From: Gordius albopunctatus
Taxonomy: Eukaryota
Direction of reading: 5' to 3'
NCBI GenBank assembly: GCA_964276515.1
Contig: OZ193909.1
Span: 14,508,001 to 14,572,000 of the forward strand
DNA: 64,000 bases
Shown: in pieces, positions 61,711-64,000 of the stretch
Layout: the number at the start of each line of letters is the position of its first letter
Numbering within the stretch: the stretch's first letter is position 1
Translations under genes and position numbers: made by a program
The notes under the pieces: generated by a model
Told to the model about the DNA's origin: nothing
Databases searched by the model: none
The model's input: only the letters and a program-made list of their open reading frames with translations

Positions 61711-64000
61711 CAGGTTTTAGATTAATGGGGGGGGGGGGGGCAAAACGTTATAAAGTGCAAAACATAATTTTTTTTAATTTTTCAAAGTTTTTGCATTGAA
61801 AATATTTTTATGGTAATTTTTTTAGGGGGGGGGGAGCAGCCGCCCCTCGTGCCATCCTCCTGGCTACGCTCATGTACTTTAATGACAAAATGGGCCTATA
61901 AACATAAGATCCTTTTTATAGGCGCATTGTTTACAATTATAAATTATATAAAATTAAGAAATGTTAATAACAAACTGTTAACATAAAAAAGCTAACGCAG
62001 TTCATTTTGGCAGTTCAAAGTTATCAGGTTTTAAAACTTACCCAACACTTTTACCTTTTACTAATAATATGGCATGTCTTTTATTCCAACTTAATTTGTT
62101 ATTGCAAATTTTGGGAAATCTAATATATATGACTAATTCCCAGGCAAACACTTGTAAGTGTTATTTGTATAATTATTAAAATAGTAAAGCTGTTTAATTA
62201 TTTTATTAATTAAAGATTTTATATGCGGACATAGAGCAAAACCATATATCAAAAACTTTTTAATCTAACGTTTCTACTTTTCATAATTCAATCGAATGTT
62301 TTTTGCTAGCAACAAATTGAGATTTCCAAAAGTAGTATATCCTATTTTAATATGGAAAGAGTCTATTTAATTGTAAGGTAGTTTGTAGTTTTTCAATGAA
62401 TGTCAAAAAGGAAAAGAACCCTCGTGGGAAGGGGAGGAGGGGAAGGGAAGGGGGAACGAAACTCATCCATACTCCGTATAAAAGTAGCATATTTGCTATG
62501 CAATTTATGGGCGATAAAGGTGGGAAGGGGCGAGAATGCCTATAGGGGGGTGGCTACGCCTCTGGTTTCTCACCTTTGTCTTTAAAAAGCAATTTAATCA
62601 AAACAATTAGAAGCACATAACAAATTATAATTTTTAAATAGCTATGTTTAAAAGTAAAACTTTTTTAATTTAGTTACTATAATTCTTAAAAGGAATATTT
62701 TATTGCATAAAAAATGTCCAAACCTTTAATACAATCCATATAAATATATTAATAAACCCTAATTTTGGATAGAGATCCATTTTCACATCATACTAATTAC
62801 CAACTGTGCATGAGTAAGTTAGGTTTAGCTAAGTTAAATCAAAGGGTAAGAATAAAAATGTTGACTAGTGCCTCAAAAAGCGAACAGTAAGGCTAAATCT
62901 TAATTTAAAACTTACTCTATGTGTAGTTCAAAAATTTTAAAATCTTCCAAAAATAGTTTTTTAAGGTTTTAAAAGGCCAAATATTCGAAATTAATATTTC
63001 CAGGAAGTAAAAATTATATACTGAGATTAAAATAAGTTGAGGAAAATATTAAAAACAAAATTAATATTTAAAAGCATATATTATTTAAAAGAATTTTCCG
63101 ATTGAAAATTTGAGTGGCTCCCAAATTGCGTTTAACAAGAAATTAAATAAATGATTCATATATATAGATTTTAATTTTAGAATATTATAAGTATAAATAA
63201 AATTGAATGTATATAATTAATTACTTTTAGGCATACTGTCCAATCCTAAATATTATTTTCACTATATTTATTTTAGCCGAACTTTTCGCAGTTATATGCG
63301 TGACGAGGCACGGGGCTAGAGCTATCATTCCGAAGTATGCATATGCATCGTATAATAAATCGGAACAAAGGTGGCCCTATGGATATGGAGGAATCACAAA
63401 TGTCGGAATTAATCAAAGCTATCAGCTAGGTACTATTATAAGGTCTAAATATTTTGGAAACCATGACCTTCACTTGGCTCCGGCACCATCTAATTTCAAT
63501 AGTCATTTGTTATCCACAAACTCAGATAGAACTATTACGAGCATGTTGGCCATCTTAATAGGAATCAGCAACAATGATCCTAAATATTCTTTAACTCAGG
63601 AGAATATGGATATTTTGGCTATAAACAAAACTCTACCTTATGAGTGGTCAGTCAAAATTCCTAATAATATGACAACTTTGTTAGAGTCCTGCTTTTTAAT
63701 GGGCAGCCTTAAAAATTGTAAAAAGCTGAGTCAAGGTATGCAACATATTTCTCGATCGAATAATAGTGAATACAATAATTTATTGATAAACCAAACAACT
63801 TTCTTACTTTCGCTAAAAAATTATACGAGCGAAGGTATCATAGACGATCGATTGCCTGCCAGGATATTTGAAGTGCTAAAAACCTTGAACGAAAATGGAA
63901 TGGGTTTGCCTGCGTGGGCCAATAAAACTATTTACACGAATTTGGCTCACTTAATGTTGTCTTACTACAATTACATCTCAAACAAGAGTCGCATGCTTGA
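61711..64000 (-). repeat. Inverted partial copy of the duplication unit
   Basis: Reverse complement of ~1-1150 joined to ~22130-22469 and ~20900-21705; the 61-aa ORF appears on + at 62400. Confidence 0.9.
63231..64000 (+). CDS. Acid phosphatase, inverted copy running off the window end
   Basis: GTG ACG AGG CAC GGG GCT AGA (VTRHGAR) at 63300; frame appears open to the window end; upstream region partly deleted. Confidence 0.8.

Overview
AT-rich eukaryotic (probably invertebrate) repeat-dense region; the organism cannot be identified from this window. It is built from a ~22.5-kb segmental duplication: two full units (1-22469, 22470-45836), a truncated third (45837-53687), a more diverged partial fourth (53717-57711) and an inverted partial copy (61711-64000). 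The full unit carries a histidine acid phosphatase gene plus TE debris: a MULE transposase inside a hAT-type element with an 8-bp TSD, an RTE LINE, Ty3/gypsy and other LTR remnants, a Helitron and MITEs. The main discovery is a set of ~3-kb reverse-transcriptase elements: two complete, mutually divergent ones (A 15039-18058; B 42232-45303) and five decayed copies of a third lineage (C). They encode only a Gag/core-like ORF1 and an RT-RNase H, with no integrase, tyrosine recombinase, endonuclease or protease. The RT and RNase H motifs look hepadnavirus/nackednavirus-like (AAFF-IP-H, PMG-S-SPF, NPADxPSR). A and B share an unusual architecture: a short direct repeat whose 3' copy sits at a TATA+Inr promoter, a conserved multi-hairpin 3' tail ending in GGA, and a conserved UUU_UUU_C site suggesting +1 frameshifting. 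Both insertions lack a TSD and coincide with a 1.6-1.7 kb host deletion. Element A is fused at its exact 3' end to the poly(A) tail of an intronless, 5'-truncated hexokinase retrocopy. All family assignments come from motif recognition by eye; no database searches were run.
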